DNA of 64,000 bases from Lama glama (Eukaryota): positions 39,992,001 to 40,056,000 of the forward strand of contig CM052816.1 of the NCBI GenBank assembly GCA_028534125.1. Reading direction: 5' to 3'. Both the position numbers and the translations under genes were made by a program. Position 1 is the stretch's first letter, and each line of letters starts with the position of its first letter. Positions 40,165-52,963 of the stretch are shown in pieces. A model generated the notes under the pieces. The model made no database searches, had not been told where the DNA came from, and saw only the letters and a program-made list of their open reading frames with translations.

Positions 40165-40600
40165 CTGCTTACCGTCACTCCCAGTGACTCATTTTGTGCC
40201 TCCTGTCCCTGAACCTTTGACTTTATTGGATTTAGAGTTGTTGTTTTCCAGAGGGAGAATATTTTCTACACAGTTTACAGCAATATCCCCATAAAGATTT
40301 GAGCCACAGTTACTACTTGGTCACTTCAGGATCCTGTGCAAAGAAACCAGCAGGCAAGAAAAGGAGCCACCATCTTGGCCCCTTGGTGGGGAGGCTGGGC
40401 TGTCGTCACACAGTGAGTGCAGGAAAAATAGCTTTCAGGGTACCTTCTTCCACCTCTTGCCCAATTTTGGCTGCAAGTGGATAAGTACAACAGGTTTAGT
40501 GTGAGAATGTCATTGTCTCCGACACCTGAGGGCTGAGGGTCTGATCACACCTTCGGGCAGACTGAGCAGAGTTGCTGGGTGAGAATGAGAGGAGGCAAAC
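40165..40600 (+). mobile_element. ERVL/MaLR internal-region fragment
   Basis: ttttgtgcctcctgtccctgaacctttg...; loosely similar to 55100-55300. Confidence 0.5.
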
Positions 40601-41919
40601 TGCAGGACGTGGCAAAAGTTGCTCTTAGACAGGGACATTTTTTTAAAAAACTGAAAAGATAACTAAAACTATTTTTAAGGAAGACATGGAACATCAAGAT
40701 GTACCAAGAAGTATTTTTGAATAAAAGTTAATATTAAACTAAATTATAAGGATTATTAATAATATACAGATACTCTTTCAGTACATTCTGGGATGCTGTA
40801 CAGGTAATAAAAATGATAGTAAATAGGCAAAATGCCCAGTCTAACAAATATATTTGAAGCTGAGGGATTAAGAATAGTTCTATAAATGATATGCCAGGGA
40901 ATAAGGAAAATGCCAGTGGCTGTCACTACCAATGCAGGGAACACATACACACACACACACACCCCAATCGCCTTTTTGGGGCAATAGTCACAAGAAAATC
41001 CATTGGTGAAAATCTTCACAGGATTTCCTGCCTCATAGGTGAGCTGTTGACACCAATCTAAAGAAAATAACTGAAATTAGCTAAAAGAAATTTCCTTTTA
41101 TTTGCTATGCCAGTTTTTTTTATAACATGTTTCTCTCTCTTTCAATTATTTATCAGTGGGAAGAAAGTGGTATGCAAGCTTCTGTTACTAAAAAATTTTA
41201 ATTTTATCAGAGGCGTTGGTGAGAAGATAATGCCAGGTAAATCATGACTGCACCTCACGTATAGGAAAATAATATAAAAATTCAGAATTGTTTTGGAATA
41301 AAATCTGAACCAAATGATCAGCCATGGTCATTGTTCAGAACTCTGCTTACAAAAATACGCTATTTTGTTTCAAATTTAAAGTTTATTTTGACAATTAGAC
41401 CTCCAGTCCTATTTTCACTTTGTCAGAAGAGGAAATGCATTTCATTAGTGGGACTTCCTCCATAAATCTAATGTTATAAATAGAGGTTGAAATGTGTACA
41501 AAAGCAGTATAATGTTATAGGGAGAACACAGACTACAGAACCTGGCTGCCTTAGGTTGAGCTCGGAAGCCTGGGGCTGTGGTGCTGAAGATTTCTTTCTC
41601 TGGGGAGGGAGGAAAGAGTGAAAAAAGAGGGAGAACAGCTTTGGAGTAAGAGCAAAGGAGGGGAAATAAAATGAACAACGTTTCTCCTCTAGCATGTTTC
41701 AGAAATAAAAATATAAAGAATGTATGTTTTTTGAAATGACTTTGGACTGTAAGACTGCATTCTGTTGACACCAGCACTACTCAAGAATGAACCAAAGTGA
41801 TTGTAGCTTTTCAATTTTGAGTCAGACACACTCAGGACAGAGAGACTGAGAGAGACGGAGACAGGGACATAATACACATTACACAGCATACACTTAATAT
41901 ACTATATACGAAGTCCACA

Positions 41920-43320
41920 CCACTCACGTTCAGTAGATTTATTCAAAGCTAGAAAATAAAGGTACATAACAGAAAGTTTTTTTTTTTGTATAATACAGAG
42001 AAAAACCTTTTTAAAAAGCAAGCAAGTTTTCAAGTATCTTTTCCTCCAAGTACTGTCTCTTCCAGTTTGCCCAGTGTTTGCTTGGAAATTACTAGTTTAA
42101 TTTCCCTCTTTCTAGGGAAAATAAAGGCTTAATAGTTATACAACCATTATTTCAGTTGTATGGAAATAAAGATGACACCATCTTAGTAGCCCTGAGTTTG
42201 TGCCACTGTAATTCACTGTGAGATATAAGGTAAGACATGTAAAGGGAACTGAGTAGCTTTCTAAAGAACTATTATGCAAAGCGTAACTTCACCACAAAAC
42301 AGAACAACAACAAAACAGAAAACTCTACACGTAGAGATGAGTCATCTTGAGTCTTGGTGTTGTGTCCTCCCTTTCTGAAAGTCTGGAGAGCTAACAGGAT
42401 ACCATGTCTTAGAGTAAAAAACACAAATTCTAAAAGAACAATTTCAGATTGTAAATTTGGCGACTTTGGGCAAGCTGGAAGAGACAGCACTTTGAGGAAC
42501 CAGCAAGACTGTGGGAGAAGAGCCCGTGGCCACACAGTGGACGCTGAGGATGGCGCGGCGCCCTCTGGACCAGAGACCGCGGAGCCGTACGGAGTCCACG
42601 GGAGCAGACCTGCAGCCAGGATGCACATCCCTCTCAGATCTGGATCCCTCCACACAAAAAGACCACAGCCTGGAGGAGAAGTTGTGGTAATGTGAGGTCA
42701 TATTTCCAACCCCAAAAGAGAAAATAGCTTCATATGTGGCAAAAGACTGAGGATCGAAGTGGGTGTTCGTAAAAAAGCAGCCTTGTATCTGCCTCTGTCC
42801 TTTGGGGCTCTCAGGGAGGTGAGTGGCGGGAGATACATGATATAATTTTTAAGGATCCTAGGGTATAGAAAAGTGGCTTCTTGTGTACCATGTGAAACTT
42901 GAGGAAACAAAACTAAAACAAAGCAAATTAAGCAAAACCAAGAATTTTTTTTTAATTCACTGTCTACAACACATCACCATCACCACTTTCGAGTCTGAAA
43001 TAACGTCCCCAGGCATTCTGCATCCACAGCACTTGTGGCTAAGAGTAGAAAAGTCCCCATGAAGAGACCTCTCTATTGCGTAAAGATCACCACACTGACG
43101 TGGTGACTAGAGAGCAAACATGAGGACAGTTCAACTGTTGGCGTCACCACCCCACTCACCTTCCAAACTCAGGAGAGACAGGGAGAAACTAATGAAGGAG
43201 AAGGGAAAGCACAGAACTGACTGACTATCTAACCACCAGAGTAGAGAGGGGGGAGGTGGGGGGAGGAAGCAGAGACAGAGACAGAGAGAGCTGCTTTTAT
43301 CTTCAGTGGGCACCAATTTT
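41920..43320 (-). other. putative terminal exon / 3' UTR of an unidentified minus-strand gene
   Basis: Acceptor tctgtttttattag|AAAATTGG at 43321/43320. No recognisable interspersed repeats. U-rich tracts, UGUA, then AATAAA (41943-41938) followed by a GU-rich downstream element. Confidence 0.6.
41938..41943 (-). terminator. polyadenylation signal AATAAA (proximal); further candidates at 41382-41387 and 41097-41102
   Basis: Minus strand: tatgtacctttattttctagctttgAATAAAtctactgaacgtgagtggtgtggacttcgt...tgctgtgtaatgtgt. Confidence 0.6.
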
Positions 43321-44047
43321 CTAATAAAAACAGATACCTAAGTATATTTATGGAAAAATTTTACTTGGGCAGTGTGTGTTTGCAGACTGTGGGCTCTGTA
43401 CCTGCTCTGCCAGTGACGACATCTCAGTACAGTAATGATCAACCTTTAAACTTACTGCCTTTATAGGGCAGCAGTACTAGCAGGTTGTTCCTCATGTTTT
43501 CAGAATGTTTGGTCAAGAGGAGATACTGAGCAAATATGCCTAAAAGAAGGAGGAGGAGGAAGAAAACGTAGTTCTCTTGTCATTTTTAAAATACTGGAAT
43601 AAGGTAACTTGTGAGATGGTGGAAATGCCATCCATGTGGGCTTGAGTAAACGGAAAAGAACAAATGTATATGACAGACCCACGCAGACTGCAGTTATTAA
43701 CCTTTTAGAACGAGAGGGATTAAACCAGATGATTTCTCAAAGTACTATCTGGGGCTGTCATTCTATCATTCTGTGGCTCTTTGATGTCAGAATGGAATTC
43801 AGAGCTTTTGAAGTATATTAGAAAACCCGGCATAACTTGCTGTCTCCTGGGCCACAAGCCAACACGAGTCTTATGAAAGAAAGTGTCAAGGATGGCATTC
43901 GCTAAGGATGCAAAACCACCCAAAGAAATAGATGAAAGAGGGAATAAGATAGTAAGGATGCATTAGGAAGGGAAGTACATCGTGGAGACATAAGAAACTC
44001 AGGCAGAAGCAACCTGAATCAAGATGGCATATAGAAGTAGCGCTTAC

Positions 44048-44134
44048 CTGGTTTTGTCCATTTCAGGTACCTGAATTTGAATGTTCACAGACAAATGCAT
44101 TTTGGATATAGAATAGGAAACTACAGCACTGTAT
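44048..44134 (-). other. putative small penultimate exon (87 nt from acceptor at 44135, or 23 nt from acceptor at 44071)
   Basis: Strong donor CCAG|GTAAGC ending at 44048. Candidate acceptors ttcctctag| (exon start 44134) and aattcag| (exon start 44070). Confidence 0.45.
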
Positions 44135-44264
44135 CTAGAGGAATTTTTTAAACAGAGGGCTATGAAGAAAAAAGAGTTATTGAGAATATCTGAAATCCTG
44201 GAAATAAAGTATGTGTGTGATAAAACACGAACACATATATGGGAACACTGGTGTCAATAGTCCT

Positions 44265-44370
44265 ATGAATAAACATTTTTGAGCACCTGCTCTGAACTAG
44301 GCACAAAGCCATATTCTGAAAATGAAATAGTAATTAAGAAAAACAGTCTTTCTCCTTCCAATACATACAG
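44265..44370 (-). mobile_element. L2 3' end fragment
   Basis: gaataaacatttttgagcacctgctctgaactaggcac. Confidence 0.65.
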
Positions 44371-44384
44371 TCAGTGCTAATCAT

Positions 44385-44850
44385 ATGCATCCGCTCCCTT
44401 CCTCTCACCCTCTGTGCTGCAGTGGGGCTGATGCCCACGGACAGCATCACCCTGGCTCCCCCATCACCAGGGGCTGGTGTGGGTCCCACCCCAGAGAATT
44501 GCTGGTGGGAGGGAGGAGGCCGAGAGAAGCTAGGACACTGTTTGCCCTCTTACTCTTCCTCTGTTGCATCTCTTCAAGGGGTTCCCACTCTTTCCAAATG
44601 GCCACTCTGAATGCGGTCCCATATGAGACCATGAACTCATGAGAGCTTCCCATGCATGTTTTCCTTTCTCAACTTGTCATCCTGGATTTCGGGCTCTCAT
44701 AGCACTGTGTTTTCCTTTGGTTCCTTAAGATTCCATTTGCCGCTCATATCTTGGTCACTTTATTATCCTCTGTTTGTTTTCTCAGCCCTTCTAAAACATC
44801 TATAAATTAGGTCATGTCAGCTCTTTTCCTGACTTACCCCCAACTGATCC
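44385..44850 (+). mobile_element. ancient ERVL-type LTR (LTR16/33-like)
   Basis: ccctctgtgctgcagtggggctgatgcccacggacagcatcaccctggctccc opening typical of LTR33-like elements. Confidence 0.45.
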
Positions 44851-45040
44851 AGAGTAATTAGATTAAATAGGATTATAGAAGACAAGATGCTTAGGGCACA
44901 TTTATCAATGAGGACTGGCTTATTCTTAGGCCAAGGAAATGTCTCTCAAGGCAACTGACATTCATGCTGAGACCAGAAGATGAGTGGACATCATTCTGTT
45001 AAAAGGAAAGGAAGATTTCAGACCTGGCACACAGGTTACC

Positions 45041-45400
45041 GTGTGTGTGTTTGTGTGTGTGTGTGTGTTGAGAACACTTAAGACCTACTCTCAGCAAATG
45101 TCATGTATACAGTAGGTTTTTAACTATAGTTACCATACTGTACATTAGATCTAGAACTTACTCATCTTATAAGTCGAAGTCTGTGCCTTGTGACCAGCAC
45201 CTCCTCATCCCCAGGCCCGACCCAGCTCCCAGCAACTAACATTCTACTCTGTGTTTCTCTAAGTTCCACTTTTTTAGATTCCACATATATCATGTGATAT
45301 CTGTCTGTGGTTTATTTAACTTAGCATAATGTTCTCCAGGTTTATCCATGTTGTCAGAAATAGCAGAATTTCCTTCTTTTTTTAAGGGTGAATAATATTT
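45041..45400 (-). mobile_element. L1 3' UTR end (L1MA-like) with (TG)n-converted tail
   Basis: (gt)n then gagaacacttaagacctactctcagcaaat...ttaactatagttaccatactgtacattagatct...tttttagattccacatat. Confidence 0.85.
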
Positions 45401-45639
45401 AAATTTAGCTCCCCGGCTTCAAGAATTGTGGGGATGTAAGGCGGGGACTGGCTGAGTGCTAGACACAATGCCAGGTGAGCAAGTAAGGGGTTTGAACAAT
45501 GAGAGGTGGGTGAAGAACAGACAGGTAAGGGTCTCTGCGTTTCTCCTCACCACGGAAGTAAAGAAATGTGAACCCATGTCACTCCCCATAAAATATTATA
45601 ACCTCTTCTGAAACTCATTTTTCATTTCCTCCCCCTAAA

Positions 45640-45905
45640 TAACTAGATGACTCACTCTGTCATTCAGCTGTTAACTCACGTATCACCTACTTCTTCCTTC
45701 TTCATCCTAATTAAATCTCAGACTCCACCCAGCATTACCTATGTCTATTCTTGGCTTCATTTTTCTCCTGAATGCTTATCATTCGTAATGAGGCCAGTTT
45801 TTTTTTTTTAATCTCTCTGTGCTTTGCTGCTCTGTTCCCAGCATCTGAACAGTCCTAGAAAAATACAGCAAGAATTTAATAAGTATTTCTTTAATTGAAT
45901 TCAAT
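45640..45905 (+). mobile_element. L2 3' fragment
   Basis: ctctgttcccagcatctgaacagt...ttaataagtatttctttaattgaat. Confidence 0.5.
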
Positions 45906-46297
45906 TAAATTAGCCCAATTCTGCTGAGGCTTTTTTCTTCTGACAATGATTTTATGAGCCATTACCACTAAATACTTAGCCTTTGAAATAATGAAAGACC
46001 ACAGTTCACTTTAAGTAGAATCTACATCAGCTGATTTCCACAGACTTTGCTTCCCTCTGAGATGTTCTGTAATACGCTGACCCACAGCCTTACTTCGTTT
46101 CCAGAGGAAGAGTGGCTGCTTTGGCTGCAGTTCCCTCTGTTCTGAAATTCCCTGCTTACTTCAGGGTTCTTTGCTATATTAAGTGTGAGGTAAGGGAAAG
46201 AAAGAGTTTTCTCTCATGTGGGGTTTGAACTGAAAATGAGGGGACTATAAGAAAGGGACCTTAACATTTCCCCCCAAATATTCCCTAGAAGCAATTC

Positions 46298-46715
46298 TGT
46301 ATAATCAGTTTGATATGTTCTCTGCAAAATAGACCCAGAAACAGATGTGTATGCAGGAGGTGTGCTGGGCCATGCTCTTAGGGACACTACTTGTGAGGGA
46401 ATACATGAAGCAGGATTGGGAAGAGCAGAGGGAGGAGCTGGATGCAGAAGGAGCAGAAGCTCAGGGAACCCTGCAGGAGACCTGAGATGGGGATGGATGG
46501 CCCTTGAGAGAAGTCCTGATCAAGCCGTCTGCAGCCCACATTAGCCATCACTGGACTCCGATCACTCCAGAGGGGGGCTGTCAAACGCTGGGTAGCTCGA
46601 CCCCCTTCAAACAAAGGCATTTCTGCAGAAAGTGCTCAGCTGCCAGTCACCATCACGCAACATTCCTGGTTCCTAATAAAATGAGCCTCCTCGGGGCACA
46701 CACAACATCTACCAC
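46298..46715 (-). mobile_element. ancient ERVL-type LTR
   Basis: GC-richer block with reverse LTR-type opening (ttctctgcaaaatagacccagaaacagatgtgtatgcaggagg). Confidence 0.5.
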
Positions 46716-48859
46716 TAACTTCATACTCATTCATGAGATTAACCAGAGAAGAGAAAAATAAAAAGAAATTAGACGTACAAGAAAGAACCGGACTCCTTTC
46801 TTGAGGTAAACAGAAGAAACAGTATAAAATGGAGCAGGTGAATCCAGGAGTTATAATAATTATGAGATATAATAATATCTTACTGTTAGATCTAGGAGAT
46901 ATAATAAAAATAATTGGTCAATATTTGTGTCTGATCTTAGAAAAAAAGTATCTTTCTGTTGAAATAAGCAATTATTAGTAGAGTATGTATTAAAAATTAA
47001 TATACTTTTGCTATCATTAATGAATATTTTTCTTGCAATTGTAACTGTCTTATTATAATGGTCACATGCATTCATAATGAAAACTTTAAAAATATTTTAA
47101 AAGCATAAGAAGGAAGGTAAGAACACATAACCCCACTAGCCTGATGATGCTTGTGACCACTCAGTTACAATTCTTCCAGGATGCGAACTGGCAGTCTTCT
47201 CATTTTCTACAAACACTGTTTATGTACATATATACACACCTACTACATTTACTACATTTACTGTTTTTACATAAGGTACATATTGTTTTATAACAACCAC
47301 ATTGATTTATTGTATCATGAACATTTTAATAACTTCAAATATTCTTGGGATGTTCTACTGGGTACACATTTTTCTTCTACACAGATGCATCTTACTTTCT
47401 GTATTTCACCAGATTACCATAATTCATTCAACTGATGAACTATTGCTTTTGATGTAAACAGATAACAGTTTAAACTCTTTTATTTTTTTCCTTAAGGCTT
47501 GGGCGGGTTTTTCTGAAACTCAGTTACTGCAGAATATGTGACAACATATTTTACACGACATGTTTATAATTCTTCAATATGTTCCTCAGCAAGTAAGGAG
47601 GCTTTGAGGCGGAATATATCTTGGAAGGTAATTAACACATGAAAATGTTGACTCACTGAAATATATGATTATTTGTATAGTTTAAATTTTGTTGAATACA
47701 GTTTTTCATTATTGAAGAAACAGCAGTCACTATCAACTTCCCTGAGAGAGAATATGCACTGCTTTAATCTTCATTCACGGAAGTGAGGATTATTAGATAT
47801 AAATTTACTTTTGCTTTATTTAAATACTTCCTTTAATAAAAAATGCACAATATCATATAAATATTTAAGCTTGTCTGCACCATTAATTGCTATCGAAGGC
47901 ACATTAGCAGGGGGTAATTAAAGAAATTGGTGATGTACTAGATAGAAATGTTTAACATTCTTTTATGGTAAACTCATTTTGTATAGTAATAAGCTTTGTC
48001 ATTGCAAATGAAATACACCACCTGGCACAATTAGTGTTATACCTCTTATTTTTTTAGTACATCTCAGAATAGTAGTACAGTGTTAAAATTTGCATTGTTT
48101 TAGCTCAAGCAAAATACAAGAACTTGACTCAAAACAATGTCTTCCATTCCAGGGTCTGAGGTCATTTAATACGTCATCTACTAGTTAGGTGCCGTGAAAT
48201 TTTTAAAGACAGTGCAATGTTGGTAAAATCATGGCAAAAGTTTATATATAAACAGCTAAATCTTTCAGGAAAGAATACCTGACTCATGTAACCTGGTGAA
48301 AATTAGAATGTCACATTAAAATATAAACATGGTACAAATAATCATGTAAGTATATTGAACTATCTAAAGGTAAAATTGTAATAATAATATTCAGCCAAAG
48401 CTGCAGATTACTTTTCCAACATACCTTGGGAAAATGGGAAGAAACCTAAAAGGAATGGCCTATTTAAGGGACCCGGCCTTATTAATTAATCTTGGAACAG
48501 TTCTTAGTAGGATGAATATAGCAGTGTAACCATTAAATTTAAGACAACCATGATTCCAGTAAGACAATTGTCAAAAATACATATAGTAAATCTCTCAGTT
48601 ACGAGGCAGGTTACTAAGAGTATTTTATTCTCTATCTCCCAAACTCCATTTTAAAATGACTGTGGAACATACAAATGATAATAAAAATCACAAAAGCCCT
48701 GACATCTAAAGATAGAAATAGGAAACAAAACCTATCTATAGCTATCTCTAGATGTATGCTAAATTAGAAGCCCAGCTTTGGGTAGTGCTTTCAAAGTATG
48801 CAGATGGACCCCTGTCAGGAAAAGACTGCAAGATGGATAATTTCATCTGTTCTCTCTAC

Positions 48860-49120
48860 ACTGAGCCCTGGGTGGAGCAGGCAAAGCACTGGAGTGGTAT
48901 TTAACCGCTCCCTTGTCTGCCGCTGTCTTGTAGGTTTCATGCACACAAGCCTCAGGGAAGCTGGAAGCTGGGAGGTCCTTCCCTGTTGTATGGGGCTGTG
49001 TGGGGGTGGCATTTGTAGCGAGAGTGTGTCTCAGTCTTTCCTACACACTTTGATGTCGTTTTTCATTCATCTAGGGGAGGGAGGAGGGAGTTCAGGAGCT
49101 TTCTCTGTTGCCATCTTGGT
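48860..49120 (-). mobile_element. probable L1 5' UTR fragment
   Basis: Minus strand begins gaccaagatggc, the YY1-site opening typical of L1 5' UTRs, followed by a GC-richer segment. Confidence 0.45.
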
Positions 49121-49280
49121 CAAAACTTGAAATCCTTTTTTTTGATTGGATGACAGGCATTGTAAATTTTAAATTACTGGTTACTGAATATTTTTCTCAG
49201 ACTTTTAACAATGTTAGACTTTGTTCTGACAGTCTGGTGAGTTGCATGAAAATTCTTTTGATCAGGAAAAAGAATTGTCT

Positions 49281-49500
49281 AGGGGACGAATCAGCAAATG
49301 TTCTATAAAGGATGAGATGGCATGTGTTTTAAGCTTTGCAGGCCCTGTGGCCTCTGTCTCACCTAAACAAATCTGTTGTTCTAATGTAGAACCCTCCTTA
49401 GAGAGTGTATAAATGAGTGGGAAAATCTGTGCTAAGTAAAACTTTATTTACTAAATCAGGCAGTGGGTCAAATTTGGTTCTTGGTTTCCTGACCCGTGGT
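49281..49500. mobile_element. MER58-like hAT-Charlie DNA transposon
   Basis: tcagcaaatgttctataaagg...ttttaagctttgcaggcc...aaaactttatttactaaatcaggcagtgggtcaaatttgg...ctgaccc. Confidence 0.8.
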
Positions 49501-50099
49501 CTGGAGTCATCTATTCTGTAGGAACATTCAGCCCAGTTACTAAAGCATAGCCTTTCTTGCGTCTCTGCTAATGCCCTAGGGATTTCACGAGGGCCCTCCA
49601 CTTCGGCTGCTGAGCTTTAGAGGGAGCCACGGCCCTCTCTAAGGGAGAGCAATCGTCTTGCTACAGGTACTTGGCAATTATTCTTCCCTCTGGATTTTTC
49701 CTTTGCCTGACCTCATGGAGTTTCACTGTAAGGTAAACATGCAGATTGATATTCAGCCTGAGACTGCAAAAGATCCTTCTGCAGATTTCCAGGGGTGTTT
49801 CCCTGTGTGGTTCCCTCTTCCTGTTCCATTTACTATTGCTGTGCTTTGGGATTTCAGATATTAAGGTATACTGCTTTTATGATCACTTTCTTGAGACAGA
49901 GAGCTGGTGTGTAGTCGTAAACCTGCCCTGGCAATGCAGTTAGTGATACAGTGTCTCCATTAAGTGAGCCCTACTATCCAAGCAGACAGAATTCAAGGGC
50001 CTAGGTATAACCAAAGAGAGAAGCTAACAATGTAATCATGACTAAATGTGTGAAAAATACTTTCATCTAAATTTGAGTATCCAAGTTTTATATGATAGC

Positions 50100-50479
50100 T
50101 ATATTAGTCAGGGTACTCCAGAGAAACAGAACCAATAAGATATATATGTACAGAGAGACACAGAGAGAGAAAGAGACTGACTGACTTACTATAAGGAATT
50201 GGCTCAGACAGTTACGAAGGTTCCTGAGTGTAGAATCTGCATTGTGGACTGGCAGGCTCAAGACACAGGAGAGCCAATGGTGCAGGTAAATCCAAAGGAA
50301 GCTGACTACATACATCCCTCCTGCCCAGAATAATCTTTTAATCTATTCAGACCTTCAGTTAATTTGAAGAGGCCCACCCACATTATAGAGGTCAGTCTGA
50401 TATACCCAGAGTTTATTAATTTAAATGCTAATTTCACCCAAAACACCCTCCAAGTCCACAGATACAGTTAACGGTCACA
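50100..50479 (-). mobile_element. MLT2 (ERVL) solo LTR
   Basis: tattagtcagggtactccagagaaacagaaccaata...tataaggaattggctca...gaggcccacccacattatagagg...gttaacggtcaca. Confidence 0.9.
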
Positions 50480-52586
50480 GTAACATTCATCTTAATCCCT
50501 TCAGCCTTATTAAAATACTGACAAGAAGATAGACAACTTACAATGAAGATATTTGATAAACTAACAAAGGCATGCTCATTTTACAGGATGTAACAAAGAA
50601 GAGGTGTTGTGAGGAGGAGGTGTGGGTTAAAGATGCATTAGAATGGGAAATACTCAAGAGGTTGAGATAAAGGAAAAAGAGGTGCATTTTTGTATTCTGT
50701 TATTGACTGTTGTATCTGCTGTTGTCCCAAAGCCTTACATGCCTGTGGCCCCTAAGGAGACTGAAGACTCAGGAGCACTAACGACTGCAGATACTTCAAA
50801 GAGTCATATGTGAAAACCCTCCAGTTAATTACTGTGATAATTAATTGGCAGTTTTAATCACACAAGGGCTAAGAGATTTTTCACCCTTAGCCTTTGGTGT
50901 ACACATTTGTAAAAAGAAAGCAGTATTATACACAGCAATAATTAAATGATTAAACTTTGTTAGAGGAGTTCTCTTCCTTCCAACCCATCTTTTTTTTTCC
51001 TTTTTTTTTTCCCTTTGGCTTTCTTGAACCTCTTATCAGTCCTCAGGCCAGAGCCAAAAACTTAATGTGCTCCTGATTGATTTGTGAGGAATTTTCCCCA
51101 GCTACCTTGTTTTCTTTCTTCTGCTCCCAGGATACTTAGAATGTGTAAAATTCCTCTGCTCCCTTGATCCTTATCCTCCACCCTCAAAGATAAGTGCTTT
51201 ATCCAGTGAATAGGAATATTTTGGTTCACATCTGCAATCACACTGGGTGAAATGGGGAATAAAGACACAGAATCTTGTGCCCTTCGGGTCCAACACAGCA
51301 CTCTCCCAAGTACTTACTCCAAGGTACAGAGCCCCCTCCTTTTTCACAGTGTTCTAAACACTCATTCGAACACTCGCTCTTTACCTATGAAAATATAATA
51401 AAATGACTTCTAATTCACTGGTAGCTTTTTTTTTTTTTTTTTTTTTTGTCTTTCAGAATAACCTGTAAATGCTCTCAGAGCTCTTATGGCACATTTTATT
51501 TTGATCTTTGGAAACAATACAGAGCCCTTTGTAAACATTAGAGGGAGTAGATGATGCTAGAATAGTGTCAAGTGGATCTATTTTCATTAATCATACGTTC
51601 AAATGTGCACTTTCAGGCTTTATATGTGAATCTATCCCACGGCAATATGAAAACATTTAGGTAGGTGTTGCTGAACATTATGTGCAGCTGTGTGATCATT
51701 CATGAACATCTATATGAAACTTTCATTGCCCATCTAAATAAATGCCACACTAAGCATTCGGTATATTTGAACGTGCAGTCTCTCCTGCAAAAAAAAAAAA
51801 ATACTCTTTCTTCAAACCATAATGTTATACATTATCTTACTACGGGGCTTTTAATATCATATTAGAGTGTGATTCTGTACATATCATCTTTGGGATTTTG
51901 TGCTGTGAGCCATGGTCTGTTCCTGTACTGTGGTGCTGGGATGAATGGACCTGAGCTTTATTATCCCACTGCAAAGAGAAAGTAGAGCAGAGGTGCTTGT
52001 CACTTACATGACTGTCTCTTATTTGGATTGTTTCATTTAGAGAATAAGTCTCAGTGGCATTAAGGGTGATCTGAAAGTTAAATATTGTAAAGGATTTCCA
52101 AAAGTAACAGTGGGCAGCTTCCAACAGCACGATGAACAAAATCCACTTAAAACTCTAGGTTGTATTTATTTTTTTTTCTTCACTTCTTTTTATTCTCCTG
52201 TAAGCTTCCAAGAATTAATTAAGCAGCATCCCTCCCTTTTTTTTCTAAAGCCTGCAGCGATACGGGGCTTGCTGAAGTTAGCCATTGTAGGAAGTGTCAG
52301 ACATAAGCTGCCCGATTGCTGTAAAATCCTACGTTTCTTGGAAGAAATATATTGTCATTCTCAGAGAAATGTTAAATAACAAAACTCCAATGTGTGTAAC
52401 TTAAAATAGCTGTCACGTGAGTCAACACTGATGACAGTAGAAAATAAACCTAATGAAACCTGAATCAGCTTACTTAAAACTCCAGGAATTATAGTAAAAA
52501 CAGGAAGGAACAAAGATGATAAATTTCTTAATGAATGCAAAATCAAGGAGTGACCAACCAGTACAGCGTCATTCTCAGTCACTTTC

Positions 52587-52963
52587 TGTAATGGGTAATA
52601 TGACATGCACCCAGACACCCCCTACAGGACGGGGTCACTCATTCCTCACCTTCTGGGAAGGCCAACAGCTGAATCCCTCTCTAGAAATTTCCTTTCGCTC
52701 AAGAGAGCATCTCTACTCAGGTCAGGTCTCATACCGTAGTGGTCTCAAGGCAAAGTCACTCTGAAGAGCCATCCCAACTCCAGTGCCTCCCGTGAAACTA
52801 TATGAGCTCATCCTTTGCAACTGCATTGAAGTTCAGCTTCTCTCTTTGTCCAAGGCTAGTGCTTTTCCTCCTACAAATGCTGGTGTTGAGAGCACTGCCC
52901 AAAACTTTCCACCTGCAAATCTCCAGCTCAGAGTCTCTTTTCCAGAGATCCTAACTTAAGACA
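52587..52963 (+). mobile_element. ERVL-class LTR (LTR16-like), 5' LTR of relic provirus
   Basis: tgtaatgg...gcaaatctccagctcagagtctcttttccagagatcctaacttaagaca, immediately followed by the ERVL leader-like attagtgtcagcagtggt. Confidence 0.7.

Noticed and set aside
42272..42910. Overlapping ORFs of 70-127 aa as coding sequence
   Set aside because: Explained by locally high GC; no recognisable domain; ORFs occur on both strands within UTR-like sequence.
44428..44448. REST/RE1 site (cacggacagc)
   Set aside because: Only the right half matches the consensus and it lies within an old LTR-like repeat.
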